A model generated the notes under the pieces. The model was given only the letters and a program-made list of their open reading frames with translations. It made no database searches and had not been told where the DNA came from. From Pedobacter sp. (lineage in GTDB: Bacteria > Bacteroidota > Bacteroidia > Sphingobacteriales > Sphingobacteriaceae), in the NCBI GenBank assembly GCA_039810685.1, contig JBDHXL010000009.1:8029-72028 (forward strand): a DNA stretch of 64,000 nt, given 5' to 3'. Positions 30,099 to 39,426 of the stretch are shown here, one piece after another (the stretch's first letter is position 1; every line of letters starts with the position of its first letter). The position numbers were made by a program, and so were the translations under genes.

Positions 30099-31424
30099 TT
30101 AGTGTTTGTGCAGATAGGCTGCTTCGGGCTCGCTTACTTCTACTTCGCCATCTGGGCTAATTAGCACTAATTTCACCTCTTTTAGTTCGTTTACCAAAAT
30201 AGGGTCGTATTTGGCACGTACCCGCACATAGTTTTGTGTAAAACCATACATCAAGCCGTCTTTCACGTCGTCTTCAAAAAGTACTTGAGCGTGCTTGCCT
30301 AATTGTGATTGATAGAACAATCTTCTTTTTTTGGCAGAAAGACCGTGTAGCATTTTGTTACGTTCGAAACGGGTACGACCGGCTACTTTTCCTTCCATGG
30401 CAGCTGCCTCGGTATTTTCACGCTCAGAGTAAGTGAAAACGTGGAAGTATGACACATCTAGCTGGTTCAAAAACTCGTAGGTCTCTAAGAAATCTTCTTG
30501 TGTTTCGCCAGGGAAACCTACAATAATATCAACACCGATGCAGCAATCGGGGATTTGTTCTTTTATTTTGGCTACTTTTTCGGCATAGAGTTCACGGCGA
30601 TAACGACGTTTCATTAGCCCCAAAATTTTGTTAGAACCCGATTGTAAAGGGATATGGAAATGTGGGACAAAACGTTTTGACTGGGCAACAAACTCAATGA
30701 TGTCATCGCTAAGTAGGTTAGGCTCTATCGAAGAAATGCGGATACGTTCAATACCTTCTACTTCGTCAAGTGCTTTAGCCAAATCTATAAACCGTTCTTC
30801 TCTTTTGCCATCACGTATTCCAAAATCACCTAAGTTTACCCCGGTAAGTACAATTTCTTTTACTCCTTTAGCGGCAACCTCATGCACTCTTTGCAGTACG
30901 TTTTCTATCGTGTCGCTGCGGCTGGCTCCACGGGCTAAGGGTATAGTGCAGTAGGTACATGGAAAATCGCAACCATCTTGTACTTTCAAGAAGGTACGTG
31001 TGCGGTCGCCAACAGAATATGCCGCCACAAAATTATTGTTTACCTTTTCTACATCACTTTGGTGTACAACAGCTTTGGGTTTTTTGGTGAGGTCGTCTAA
31101 AAACTCAAGTATGCGGAATTTTTCGGCAGCACCCAACACCATATCTACACCTTCCATCAGAGCAATTTCATCGGGTTTGAGCTGGGCATAACAACCTATT
31201 ACCACTACATAGGCTTGCGGTGAATGTTTTAGAGCTTCGTTTACTACCTTTCTGCATTTTTTGTCGGCATGGTCGGTAACAGAGCAGGTATTGATAATGT
31301 AGATATCGGCAGCATCTGTAAACTCTACAATGCTATAACCGGCATCGTTAAAGATGCGACCAATAGTTGAGGTTTCAGAGAAATTTAGCTTACAGCCAAG
31401 GGTATAAAAGGCTACTTTTTTCAT
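30099..31424 (-). CDS. mtaB: tRNA N6-threonylcarbamoyladenosine-37 methylthiotransferase
   Basis: TLGCKLNFSE, NTCSVT, radical-SAM CDFPCTYC (CxxxCxxC), R.SSIEP, HIPLQSG. Confidence 0.93.
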   Translation of the reverse strand: MKKVAFYTLGCKLNFSETSTIGRIFNDAGYSIVEFTDAADIYIINTCSVTDHADKKCRKVVNEALKHSPQAYVVVIGCYAQLKPDEIALMEGVDMVLGAAEKFRILEFLDDLTKKPKAVVHQSDVEKVNNNFVAAYSVGDRTRTFLKVQDGCDFPCTYCTIPLARGASRSDTIENVLQRVHEVAAKGVKEIVLTGVNLGDFGIRDGKREERFIDLAKALDEVEGIERIRISSIEPNLLSDDIIEFVAQSKRFVPHFHIPLQSGSNKILGLMKRRYRRELYAEKVAKIKEQIPDCCIGVDIIVGFPGETQEDFLETYEFLNQLDVSYFHVFTYSERENTEAAAMEGKVAGRTRFERNKMLHGLSAKKRRLFYQSQLGKHAQVLFEDDVKDGLMYGFTQNYVRVRAKYDPILVNELKEVKLVLISPDGEVEVSEPEAAYLHKH

Positions 31425-31432
31425 TATTGCTG

Positions 31433-31440
31433 CAAAATTA
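31433..31440 (-). promoter_or_regulatory. -7 element (TAATTTTG) for mtaB
   Basis: caaaatta on + strand, 8 nt upstream of the ATG. Confidence 0.6.
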
Positions 31441-31484
31441 CAAAATTGAGCTTGTTAAAAGTTGTATTAAAGTCAAATCTGTCT

Positions 31485-32066
31485 CTATTGTTCTTCATTT
31501 TCTTTCCAACGGTAGGTGTTGATGCTTAGTCCGGCTAAGTCGAGCACCCTATCTACAACTGTTTTTGCTAGTTCCTCAACGTTTTGTGGCAAACTGTAGA
31601 AGGAGGGTGCAGCCGGGCAAATGATGGCTCCGGCTTCGGTTAAACTACACATGTTGCGTAGGTGGATGAGGCTAAGAGGTGTATCACGAGCTACGAGGAT
31701 TAGTTTTCGTCTTTCTTTGAGGATGACATCAGCAGCTCGGCTAATCAAATCGTTGGATACACCTTGAGCAATACGTGCCAATGTGCCCATCGAGCAAGGG
31801 GCTATTATCATGGTATCATATCGAGCAGAGCCAGAAGCGAAAGGTGCATAAAAATCATTTTTGGCGTAATAATCAAAAGGGTAGTTGTGGTACTCGGATT
31901 GGCCAAGTTCGTATGTCCAAACTTCTTTGGCATTGTCAGACATCACTATAGCTACCTTATCCCATTGTTGTTGGTGCAAAAGTAGTTGATCCATGATTTG
32001 TTTAGCATATATTGCCCCACTGGCACCGGTTATGCCAAGGATGATTTTCTTTTTTGAGTTTTGCAT
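31485..32066 (-). CDS. ubiX: UbiX-family flavin prenyltransferase
   Basis: LGITGASGAIY, APFASGS, APCSMGT, RAADVILKERRKLILV.R.TP, P.FY. Confidence 0.93.
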   Translation of the reverse strand: MQNSKKKIILGITGASGAIYAKQIMDQLLLHQQQWDKVAIVMSDNAKEVWTYELGQSEYHNYPFDYYAKNDFYAPFASGSARYDTMIIAPCSMGTLARIAQGVSNDLISRAADVILKERRKLILVARDTPLSLIHLRNMCSLTEAGAIICPAAPSFYSLPQNVEELAKTVVDRVLDLAGLSINTYRWKENEEQ

Positions 32067-32070
32067 TTTG

Positions 32071-32078
32071 CAAATATA
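32071..32078 (-). promoter_or_regulatory. -7 element (TATATTTG) for ubiX
   Basis: caaatata on + strand, 4 nt upstream of the ATG. Confidence 0.65.
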
Positions 32079-32150
32079 AGGCGATTTTTTAGGCTAAATG
32101 ATTTTTTTGAGGCTATAAATCAATATTATACAAGATAAGGTGTAAAAATA

Positions 32151-32182
32151 TTTGTACTTTGTTGCAGATAGCTCTATATTTG
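32151..32182 (+). promoter_or_regulatory. Complete -33/-7 promoter for tRNA-Lys
   Basis: TTTG (32151-54), 20-nt spacer, TATATTTG (32175-82): the canonical Bacteroidota arrangement. Confidence 0.75.
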
Positions 32183-32206
32183 CACCTCCTTAAAACAATT
32201 GAGGAT

Positions 32207-32279
32207 GATTCCGTAGCTCAGCTGGTAGAGCATTACACTTTTAATGTAGTGGTCCTGGGTTCGAATCCCAGCGGGATCA
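32207..32279 (+). tRNA. tRNA-Lys (anticodon UUU)
   Basis: Acceptor stem GATTCCG/CGGGATC, D arm AGCTCAGCTGGTAGAGC, anticodon loop CTTTTAA, T arm GGTTCGAATCC; CCA not encoded. Confidence 0.97.
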
Positions 32280-32282
32280 CAG

Positions 32283-32308
32283 AAGGCGCACAAACGTGCG
32301 CCTTTTTT
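32283..32308 (+). terminator. tRNA-Lys terminator
   Basis: aaggcgcac-aaac-gtgcgcctt hairpin plus T-run. Confidence 0.88.
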
Positions 32309-32373
32309 GTTTTTAACTTTTTTTATTTTGCCTTGCATAGTTATTAACAACTGTTTTTAGTTATTCTGATAGC

Positions 32374-32403
32374 AAAAAAAAGCTGCCCTAAGACAGCTTT
32401 TTT
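32374..32403 (-). terminator. Terminator after glnA
   Basis: Minus-strand stem AGCTGTC/GGCAGCT flanked by T and A runs. Confidence 0.7.
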
Positions 32404-32418
32404 CTAAAATTACTTTTC

Positions 32419-34602
32419 TTATTTCAAGAATAATAGTTCTCTGAACTTCGGTAGTGGCCAATTAGAATCATCAACAATTTGCTCTAACTTGTCGGCATGA
32501 TAACGAATTTGGTCGAAGTGAACTTTTACACGCTCGTCGTAATTGATGGCCTTTTCACGGCTTTCTTCAATTTTATTGACATTTTTACGTTCTTCGAGCA
32601 TCAAATCGGTTGTTTGTTTCAACACGCTCAAGTGGTGTGATATTTTTTGGATAATGCCCATTGCTGTTGCGGTGCTCTCTTCGCCTAATCCCAACTCTTT
32701 TAAACCCTTCACATTTTCGATGAGGGTGTTTTGGTAGCTAATAACAGCAGGAATAATTTGGCTGTTGGCAATTTCGCCGAAAACACGGGCTTCTATTTGT
32801 AGTTTTTTGAAGAAGTTTTCGAGCAAAATCTCTTGACGGGCGTGAAGCTCTCTAGCACTGAATACTTTGGTTCTCTCAAAAAGTGATACGGTTTTTTCGC
32901 TAGTGTAGGCATCCAAAGCTTTTGGTGTAGTTTTGATATTGGATAAACCACGTTTTTCGGCTTCTTGAGCCCATTCGTCACTATAACCGTTTCCTTCAAA
33001 GCGGATAGCTTTTGATTCTTTGATGTAGCGTTTGATGATGGTCATTAAGGCTACATCTTTTTTCTCGCCTTTTTTTATCAGCTTATCTACTTCTACCTTA
33101 AATTTGGTTAGCTGATCGGCAACAATGGCATTTAGTACAGTCATAGAGGCTGATGAGTTGGCCAGAGATCCTACGGCTCTCAATTCAAATTTGTTGCCGG
33201 TAAAAGCAAAAGGCGAGGTGCGATTACGGTCGGTATTGTCAAACGAAATTTGAGGAATTTTTGGAATACCCAACCACAGTTGGTTTTCTTCTTTTAATTT
33301 TTTGCTGATGCGAGAGTGCTCGATTTCGTCCAAAATACCATCCAGTTGTTGGCCCAAGAAGATAGAGATAATAGCCGGAGGTGCTTCGTTGGCACCCAAA
33401 CGGTGATCGTTGCTTACCGAGGCAATGCTGGCTCTTAGCAAATCAGCGTTATCATGTACTGCTTTGATGGTGTTTACAAAGAATGTAAGGAACATCAAAT
33501 TGTTTTTTGGTGTTTTGCCAGGGGCCAATAGGTTTTTGCCGTTGTCGGTAATTAAAGACCAGTTGTTGTGCTTGCCCGATCCGTTGATGCCTGCATAAGG
33601 TTTTTCGTGCAATAACACTTTTAGGTTATGACGACGGGCTACACGCTCCATCATGTCCATCAGAAGCAGGTTGTGGTCGATTGCCAAGTTGATTTCTTCA
33701 TAAATAGGAGCACATTCAAATTGAGATGGTGCCACCTCATTGTGACGGGTTTTTAATGGGATGCCTAATTTCAACGCCTCGTTTTCAAAATCAACCATAA
33801 AGGCAAATACGCGATCAGGTATAGAGGCAAAGTAATGGTCTTCAAGTTGTTGGTTTTTTGCTGATATACGTCCGTACAAAGCTCTGCCGGTAAGTACCAA
33901 ATCGGGGCGGGCATTGAATAGTGCTAAGTCAACCAAGAAATATTCTTGCTCAATACCTAAAGAAGCGTTTACTTTAGTAACACTCTTATCGAAATATTGA
34001 CAAACATCTACAGCGGCTTTGTCTATTGCAGCGAGGGCTTTTAAAAGTGGGGCTTTATAATCTAAAGCTTCACCTGTATAGGCTATAAAAACAGTAGGAA
34101 TACAAAGGGTTTTGCCAGCTTGGTTTTCCATAATGAAAGCAGGAGACGAAGGGTCCCAAGCAGTATAACCACGTGCTTCGAACGTATTACGGATACCTCC
34201 GTTAGGAAAACTTGATGCATCGGGCTCTTGTTGTACTAAAGCACTACCTTCAAATTTTTCGATAGCTCCATCGCCACTGGGTTCAAAAAATGAATCGTGT
34301 TTTTCGGCAGTTGATCCGGTTAATGGTTGAAACCAGTGTGTGTAGTGAGTTACACCTTTGCTCATGGCCCAGCTTTTCATTGCTGTTGCAATGTGGTTGG
34401 CATCTTCAGACGTCAGGGTCTCACCTTGGTTGATAGCAGAGAGCAATTTTTTGTAAACCTCTTTGGAGAGATAGTCTCTCATTTTCTTTTTGTCGAAGAC
34501 ATTTTCTCCGTAAAAATCAGAAATTTTAGTAGAAATTACATTGATTTCTGGAATTGATCTGTTTCTTGCTTCTTTTAGTGCTTCAAATCTGGCTGATTTC
34601 AT
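32419..34602 (-). CDS. glnA: Glutamine synthetase type III
   Basis: 727 aa; [67 protein letters not shown]. Confidence 0.97.
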   Translation of the reverse strand: MKSARFEALKEARNRSIPEINVISTKISDFYGENVFDKKKMRDYLSKEVYKKLLSAINQGETLTSEDANHIATAMKSWAMSKGVTHYTHWFQPLTGSTAEKHDSFFEPSGDGAIEKFEGSALVQQEPDASSFPNGGIRNTFEARGYTAWDPSSPAFIMENQAGKTLCIPTVFIAYTGEALDYKAPLLKALAAIDKAAVDVCQYFDKSVTKVNASLGIEQEYFLVDLALFNARPDLVLTGRALYGRISAKNQQLEDHYFASIPDRVFAFMVDFENEALKLGIPLKTRHNEVAPSQFECAPIYEEINLAIDHNLLLMDMMERVARRHNLKVLLHEKPYAGINGSGKHNNWSLITDNGKNLLAPGKTPKNNLMFLTFFVNTIKAVHDNADLLRASIASVSNDHRLGANEAPPAIISIFLGQQLDGILDEIEHSRISKKLKEENQLWLGIPKIPQISFDNTDRNRTSPFAFTGNKFELRAVGSLANSSASMTVLNAIVADQLTKFKVEVDKLIKKGEKKDVALMTIIKRYIKESKAIRFEGNGYSDEWAQEAEKRGLSNIKTTPKALDAYTSEKTVSLFERTKVFSARELHARQEILLENFFKKLQIEARVFGEIANSQIIPAVISYQNTLIENVKGLKELGLGEESTATAMGIIQKISHHLSVLKQTTDLMLEERKNVNKIEESREKAINYDERVKVHFDQIRYHADKLEQIVDDSNWPLPKFRELLFLK

Positions 34603-34871
34603 TGTTTTATTTTTATTTATATGGCAAAATACAGCAAAAAAAAATAAATAATCAATAAAAATTTATAAAATATTGAATTTAGTTGGGTTGTTTTGGTTGT
34701 TTAGCTGTTTTTATAATGATATTTTTTAAATTTATTGTGTATTTTGTAGGGTTTTCCTTTTCTTTTCTTGTTTTGTTGAACGGTTAGTAGGAAATTTTTT
34801 AAAACCTTTGTTAAAGTATTTAGCTTGCAAATTTGAAATTTTATGTTTTTTTCGATTAGTTTTACGCTTGC

Positions 34872-35837
34872 ATGTTAGTAGAATTAGATCAAACAACTTG
34901 GAACAATCGGATAAGCCAAATCCGTCCTATAAGCATGGAAGAGGAAGATGGTTTTGTGAAATCTTTATGTCGTGTTTTTGATTTAAAAGCCCGCTACTTT
35001 GTGTTTGAGCAAAAAGGAAGCATCAGATTAAGCTTTTTGGCACTTTGTAAGGGTAAAGCTATTGTACAGCCTATACATTTCTATTATTCGGCATTTTGGA
35101 TTGCTCCCGAGCTTAGCCAATTGCACAGTATGAACTTTTGTACTGAATTTATTGGGCAACTTAAAAAGTACTTTAACTGTATCGACTTGCGTTTGCCGCC
35201 TCAATATTCGGATATCAGACCATATTTGTGGAATGGTTTTTCTGTTACTAATAACTATACGTATATTAAAGATTTAACTCGGCTCAATTACTCTTCTTCC
35301 GTACAACGAAATATCAAACAAGCACAAAAACTAGCACTTAGTCTGCGTTGTGAACGTTTAAATGAAGCAAGTGAGCAACTGAACGCAGATGTGTTTGATG
35401 CCTTGGGTACTGTGCCACAAAAACGTAAGGCACAAATTGCCGCATTAATGCGTGCTTTGGATGAGCAAGGGCTGCTACGCTGTTTTAATTGTTATGCCGA
35501 TACTGAGTTGTTGGCCTCGCAACAGGTTTTCTTAGATTTTGTAAACAAAAAAGCTTATTTGGTATTGCTTAGTAGGCAAACTAAACAGCATGGTCAAAAT
35601 GTTCATGCGCTGCTGCACCATTTCTTGTTTGAGCATTTACAAAGTTTGGGCTATCTGAGGCTAGATTTGATGGGCGGAGATTTGCGAGGTATAGCTGATT
35701 TTAAAACCAGTTTAAAGGCCGATTTACAGCCTCATTTTACTTTGAAATATCGTAGCTCTGTCGCCAATATGGCTAAAATGAAGCAAAAGCTAGTGGATAG
35801 CTTAAAAAAGATGGTAGTAAGGATAGGTATGGCCTAA
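34872..35837 (+). CDS. FemAB-like / GNAT-fold acyl- or aminoacyl-transferase (polysaccharide-cluster type)
   Basis: DIRPYLWNGF.V..NYTY, QRNIKQA, late LDLMGG...IADFK; pattern of two-lobed Fem/GNAT proteins, divergent. Confidence 0.6.
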   Translation: MLVELDQTTWNNRISQIRPISMEEEDGFVKSLCRVFDLKARYFVFEQKGSIRLSFLALCKGKAIVQPIHFYYSAFWIAPELSQLHSMNFCTEFIGQLKKYFNCIDLRLPPQYSDIRPYLWNGFSVTNNYTYIKDLTRLNYSSSVQRNIKQAQKLALSLRCERLNEASEQLNADVFDALGTVPQKRKAQIAALMRALDEQGLLRCFNCYADTELLASQQVFLDFVNKKAYLVLLSRQTKQHGQNVHALLHHFLFEHLQSLGYLRLDLMGGDLRGIADFKTSLKADLQPHFTLKYRSSVANMAKMKQKLVDSLKKMVVRIGMA

Positions 35838-35950
35838 TAAATTGCAAAAAATTAAGGTCGTATAGGAAAGTACAAATCGTATATCTTCAGTAATAAATTT
35901 AAGGATTTGATTCCAATTTGAGTGCTTTAGATAAAAAGTTATTAGAAACT

Positions 35951-36508
35951 TTATTGATCGTATTTGGCATCAAACACTCCGCCTGTAATTTCTTTTTTAT
36001 TACCAAGATTATCTTTAGCAGTAAAATAAAATCTACCCGAAACTATTTTGTTTGCCGTGTCGAGTCGGGTGATTGCTAATTTGCCACTTTCTATAAAATA
36101 GCTTATCCCTTGTTTTGAGCTGTAATAGTCACCGTTATCACAATTATAGGGCTTATCACAATCGGGGATATTGCTTATTGGGTATTCTCCAGGTCCAAAT
36201 ACGTGTTGTTTTTGGATTAATATACGCCCAGAATGGGCAATGTTTCTAGCATCTATTCCTTGTATAGAAAAGAAACCGGCTTTATATGTTTTTGATGAGT
36301 TGGGCTGGTAATAGACACTTAAAGGATGAACATTTCCAAATAAAGTAGTTGAAGGTATGAAGGCCTTGTTATCTATGTAACAACCAAAAGTGTTTAAGCC
36401 ACTTTGTGTTTCTAAAGGAAACTTTGGTCCGTTTATCTTGCTTTTGAAACAGGCGGTATAAACGCAAAGTACACTGATTACTAGTGTTAATATTTTTAGG
36501 TTCTTCAT
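35951..36508 (-). CDS. Uncharacterised Bacteroidota lipoprotein (DUF6252/DUF5025-like)
   Basis: Lipoprotein-type signal ending VYTAC (Cys20); P.ETQSG.NTFGC and ITRLD....IVSGRF.F motifs. Confidence 0.7.
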   Translation of the reverse strand: MKNLKILTLVISVLCVYTACFKSKINGPKFPLETQSGLNTFGCYIDNKAFIPSTTLFGNVHPLSVYYQPNSSKTYKAGFFSIQGIDARNIAHSGRILIQKQHVFGPGEYPISNIPDCDKPYNCDNGDYYSSKQGISYFIESGKLAITRLDTANKIVSGRFYFTAKDNLGNKKEITGGVFDAKYDQ

Positions 36509-36656
36509 GTTTTAATGAGTATTGAACCAAATTATTTTCTGATAATCATGTAAATATAGGCTAAAATTGTTTATTGATATAGTTTTAGTGGTAGGGTTGG
36601 AGAATAATATTCAAATGCAAATTAAAAAAAGAATGAATTTTCCTGCTCGTTTCAAG

Positions 36657-36866
36657 CTACTTGTCCTCTACATACTCTAAAATATCGCTAGGTTGGCATG
36701 ATAAAACCTTACAAATCGCTTCTAAGGTGCTAAATCTAATTGCTTTTGCTTTTCCGGTCTTTAGTATAGAGAGGTTTGATAAGGTTATACCTACCTTTTC
36801 TGATAGTTCATTGAGCGTTATTTTGCGTTTGGCCATCACAACGTCTAAGTTTACAATAATTGCCAT
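36657..36866 (-). CDS. Xre/Cro-family HTH transcriptional regulator (YozG-like, DUF2975-associated)
   Basis: LDVVMAKRKITLNELSEKVGITLSNLSILKTGKAKAIRFSTLEAIC..L.CQPSDILEY. Confidence 0.93.
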   Translation of the reverse strand: MAIIVNLDVVMAKRKITLNELSEKVGITLSNLSILKTGKAKAIRFSTLEAICKVLSCQPSDILEYVEDK

Positions 36867-36869
36867 TAT

Positions 36870-37406
36870 TTACACGGTTAATTCGTTTTCGTTCTGTATT
36901 TCTACTCCTTTTTTGAAAATACATGCAATTATATAAACTACTGCTCCCATTAAAATATATGCATCACTATCTGCCCAAAACTGGTGAAGATTTTCGGTAT
37001 TTATATCATAACTATCCCATTTTTTCGTGGTTTGACGGGCAATAAAACTTATTAGCCCTATTGCCAGAGTATATTGGCTGATTAATGTGATTTGTTTTGC
37101 AGCAAAAGTGCTGAAGGGTTGTGCAAGGTTGAGTTGGTGCATTAACCTAATTACTGTGTAGAATAAAGCAGCTTTTAATAATGCAATGGTGATGATAAAA
37201 CTGTAGCTAGTTAAAAAGGCATACCAATTGATATCATATAGCTGGCTTAAATCAAGCTTTTGATAGAGGTGTTGTACAAAATCTGGCCAATATAGACTGA
37301 AAATGAAATTAACAACCAAACCACCTGCTTCTATACACAACGCTACAAAAATTATCCAAGCAATAATAAGCAAGGCTTTAAATACAAATTGATTTGTTTT
37401 TGACAT
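36870..37406 (-). CDS. DUF2975-domain membrane protein
   Basis: About four TM helices, PFS motif, C-terminal IFKKGVEIQNENELTV; directly upstream of the Xre gene. Confidence 0.88.
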   Translation of the reverse strand: MSKTNQFVFKALLIIAWIIFVALCIEAGGLVVNFIFSLYWPDFVQHLYQKLDLSQLYDINWYAFLTSYSFIITIALLKAALFYTVIRLMHQLNLAQPFSTFAAKQITLISQYTLAIGLISFIARQTTKKWDSYDINTENLHQFWADSDAYILMGAVVYIIACIFKKGVEIQNENELTV

Positions 37407-37434
37407 GATTTAAGGTTTAATCTAAAGTAAAGCT

Positions 37435-37469
37435 AAAAAATATTTATTGATTAACAATAAATATTTTTT
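37435..37469. promoter_or_regulatory. Perfect 15-bp inverted repeat, putative Xre operator
   Basis: AAAAAATATTTATTG-ATTAA-CAATAAATATTTTTT, 28 nt upstream of the DUF2975 start. Confidence 0.6.
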
Positions 37470-37590
37470 CTTTTTCGATTAAGTGAGTTTGAGTTTGTCC
37501 TGTCTAGAGCAAGGGTTAGCTGTTGGTATAAGTAGAGTAACAATTAAAAACCTCTATTGGATAAGACCAGTTGTGGGTTGTTTTCTCAGT

Positions 37591-39426
37591 TTATGAATCA
37601 AAATGTTTGTCGTACCACATCTGAAACTGTAGCAATAACCAAAGTTTGCGTGCATCGGTGCCATTGGGCGAGGCAAAAAAGCGATTTTTAAGTTTAAACA
37701 CCTCTATAATATCAAAAAATTGATGCTTGTTCAACTCATAAGGGCTGAGGTGCTTTTCGATAAAAGGTTTGTAGATAGTGCTCATCCAGGCAACTAGTGG
37801 TATGCTAAAACCTTGTTTGGGGTTGTCCATCATGGCCTTGGGTAGGTATTGGTGGCAAACTTGTTTTAGCAGATGTTTTAGCCCTTGTTTTGGATATAGC
37901 CATTTGGCATCTAAACTTTGTGCAAAGTTTACTAGGTCTAAACTTAGCAGCGCATCTCTATTATCTATGCTGTAGTGCATGGCACAGCGGTCGGCCTTCA
38001 TCATCAAATCGTTGGGAAGGTAATACTCCAAATCAAACCGAAGCAAACCCTTGATGTTTTGGGTGTTAAACTCATAAAAACTATTTGGTTCTAGTCTTTT
38101 GTTGAGCATTAAGCTAATTTCATTTTTTGGGAAAAACGAGCATATAGACTCATAACAGGCTCCCAAATTGTCGGTAAACAAAACTTCGTTGAGTTTGTTT
38201 TGCCGATGTTTGGAAAGACTACTGAGTATTTTCTTTAAAAAATTGGGTAATCTTCTGCTCAAGCAAAAAATTCGGTTGCTGAGTTTGTAATTGGTATAGC
38301 CGGCAAAAAGCTCATCGCCTCCTTCGGCACCCAGTAAAACCTTAATATTGTCGGCCGCAGATTGCTTGGCCAAAAAAGCTAAAGCTATGGCTCCGCTATC
38401 GCCGCTGGGCTCGTCCAGAATTTCCGGTAATTTTTCGAGCATTTCTACGGCATCTTGGGGTTCTATAAAGTATTCGTGATGATTAGTGTTTAGGTAGTTG
38501 GCTATATTTTTGGCTCTGCTGGCTTCGTTTAATCGCAGGTCTCTAAAACCCAATGTAAAGGTTTTTATACGTTGTACTTGGTTTTTTTGTAAGATAGCGG
38601 CAACGGTTGCACTATCATAACCACCACTTAGCATTACGCCTGTTGATAGATCGGCGGTGTATCGCCTAAGCACAGATTCTGTTATGAGATTGTTGAGCTG
38701 TTTAATGAGACCGTCTTCGGTATTGGCAGCCACAAGGTTGTTGAAACGGCTTTCAAACCTATTCATCATGTAGTTGCCGCTAGCCAAATCAATGACCATG
38801 TAGTGCTGTTTTTTGAAGTTTTTTATACCCTCAAAAATTGTTTCTTCACCAATAAAATAGCCCTGTCTGAGATAGGTTTCTATGCAAGGTCGATGTATAT
38901 TTTTGACGATGGGGTAATGCAACAAAGCCTTAATTTCTGAAGCAAAAACAAAGAAATTGTTGTTTTTGAACCAATAAAGTGGTTTTACCCCCATTTGGTC
39001 ACGAGCCAAAATCATTTGGTTGCGTCTTCGGTCTATGATGGCAAAGGCAAAGGTACCATCAATATGCTCAAACATCTGGGTGCCCCATTTTTTGAAACAC
39101 GCTAACAGTACTTCGGTGTCGGACAGGGTGTGGAATATTGCGCCTTGACGTATCATGGTCAGCCTTAGCTCTTGGTAATTGTATATGGTGCCGTTAAAGC
39201 TGATGACATAGTTTCCACATGCCGAGTGAAATGGTTGTTGGGCTTCGGCGCTAATGTCTATAGTAGAAAGCCTTTCGGTGGCTATACCCACCGTATATTT
39301 TTCTTTTTGTTCAACAAAATTACCGCTGCTACTGCCACCTCGATGTTGCAAGCGTGCAGAAGCAGCCAATAGTTCTGTTTCTGTTACTAATCCGTGGTAA
39401 TCAATAAAACCTGTTATGCCACACAT
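37591..39426 (-). CDS. AsnB-like glutamine-dependent amidotransferase (polysaccharide/WbpS-type), motif-divergent
   Basis: MCGITG (Cys2), FNG.IYNY, DTEV, GVKPLY, LSGGYDS, GEGGDELFAGY, KQGF.IP; TAATG overlap with the C25 gene. Confidence 0.88.
   Translation of the reverse strand: MCGITGFIDYHGLVTETELLAASARLQHRGGSSSGNFVEQKEKYTVGIATERLSTIDISAEAQQPFHSACGNYVISFNGTIYNYQELRLTMIRQGAIFHTLSDTEVLLACFKKWGTQMFEHIDGTFAFAIIDRRRNQMILARDQMGVKPLYWFKNNNFFVFASEIKALLHYPIVKNIHRPCIETYLRQGYFIGEETIFEGIKNFKKQHYMVIDLASGNYMMNRFESRFNNLVAANTEDGLIKQLNNLITESVLRRYTADLSTGVMLSGGYDSATVAAILQKNQVQRIKTFTLGFRDLRLNEASRAKNIANYLNTNHHEYFIEPQDAVEMLEKLPEILDEPSGDSGAIALAFLAKQSAADNIKVLLGAEGGDELFAGYTNYKLSNRIFCLSRRLPNFLKKILSSLSKHRQNKLNEVLFTDNLGACYESICSFFPKNEISLMLNKRLEPNSFYEFNTQNIKGLLRFDLEYYLPNDLMMKADRCAMHYSIDNRDALLSLDLVNFAQSLDAKWLYPKQGLKHLLKQVCHQYLPKAMMDNPKQGFSIPLVAWMSTIYKPFIEKHLSPYELNKHQFFDIIEVFKLKNRFFASPNGTDARKLWLLLQFQMWYDKHFDS

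Noticed and set aside
32159-32347. 62-aa ORF
   Set aside because: It overlaps tRNA-Lys, its promoter and its terminator; spurious.
32207-32419. tRNA-Lys as an integration site for a genomic island
   Set aside because: No integrase follows it and I saw no duplicated tRNA 3' end (attR) in the window; glnA follows directly.
34603-34871. ncRNA or attenuator in the 269-bp glnA-GNAT intergenic region
   Set aside because: Very AT-rich, with no stable stems or leader peptide that I could support.
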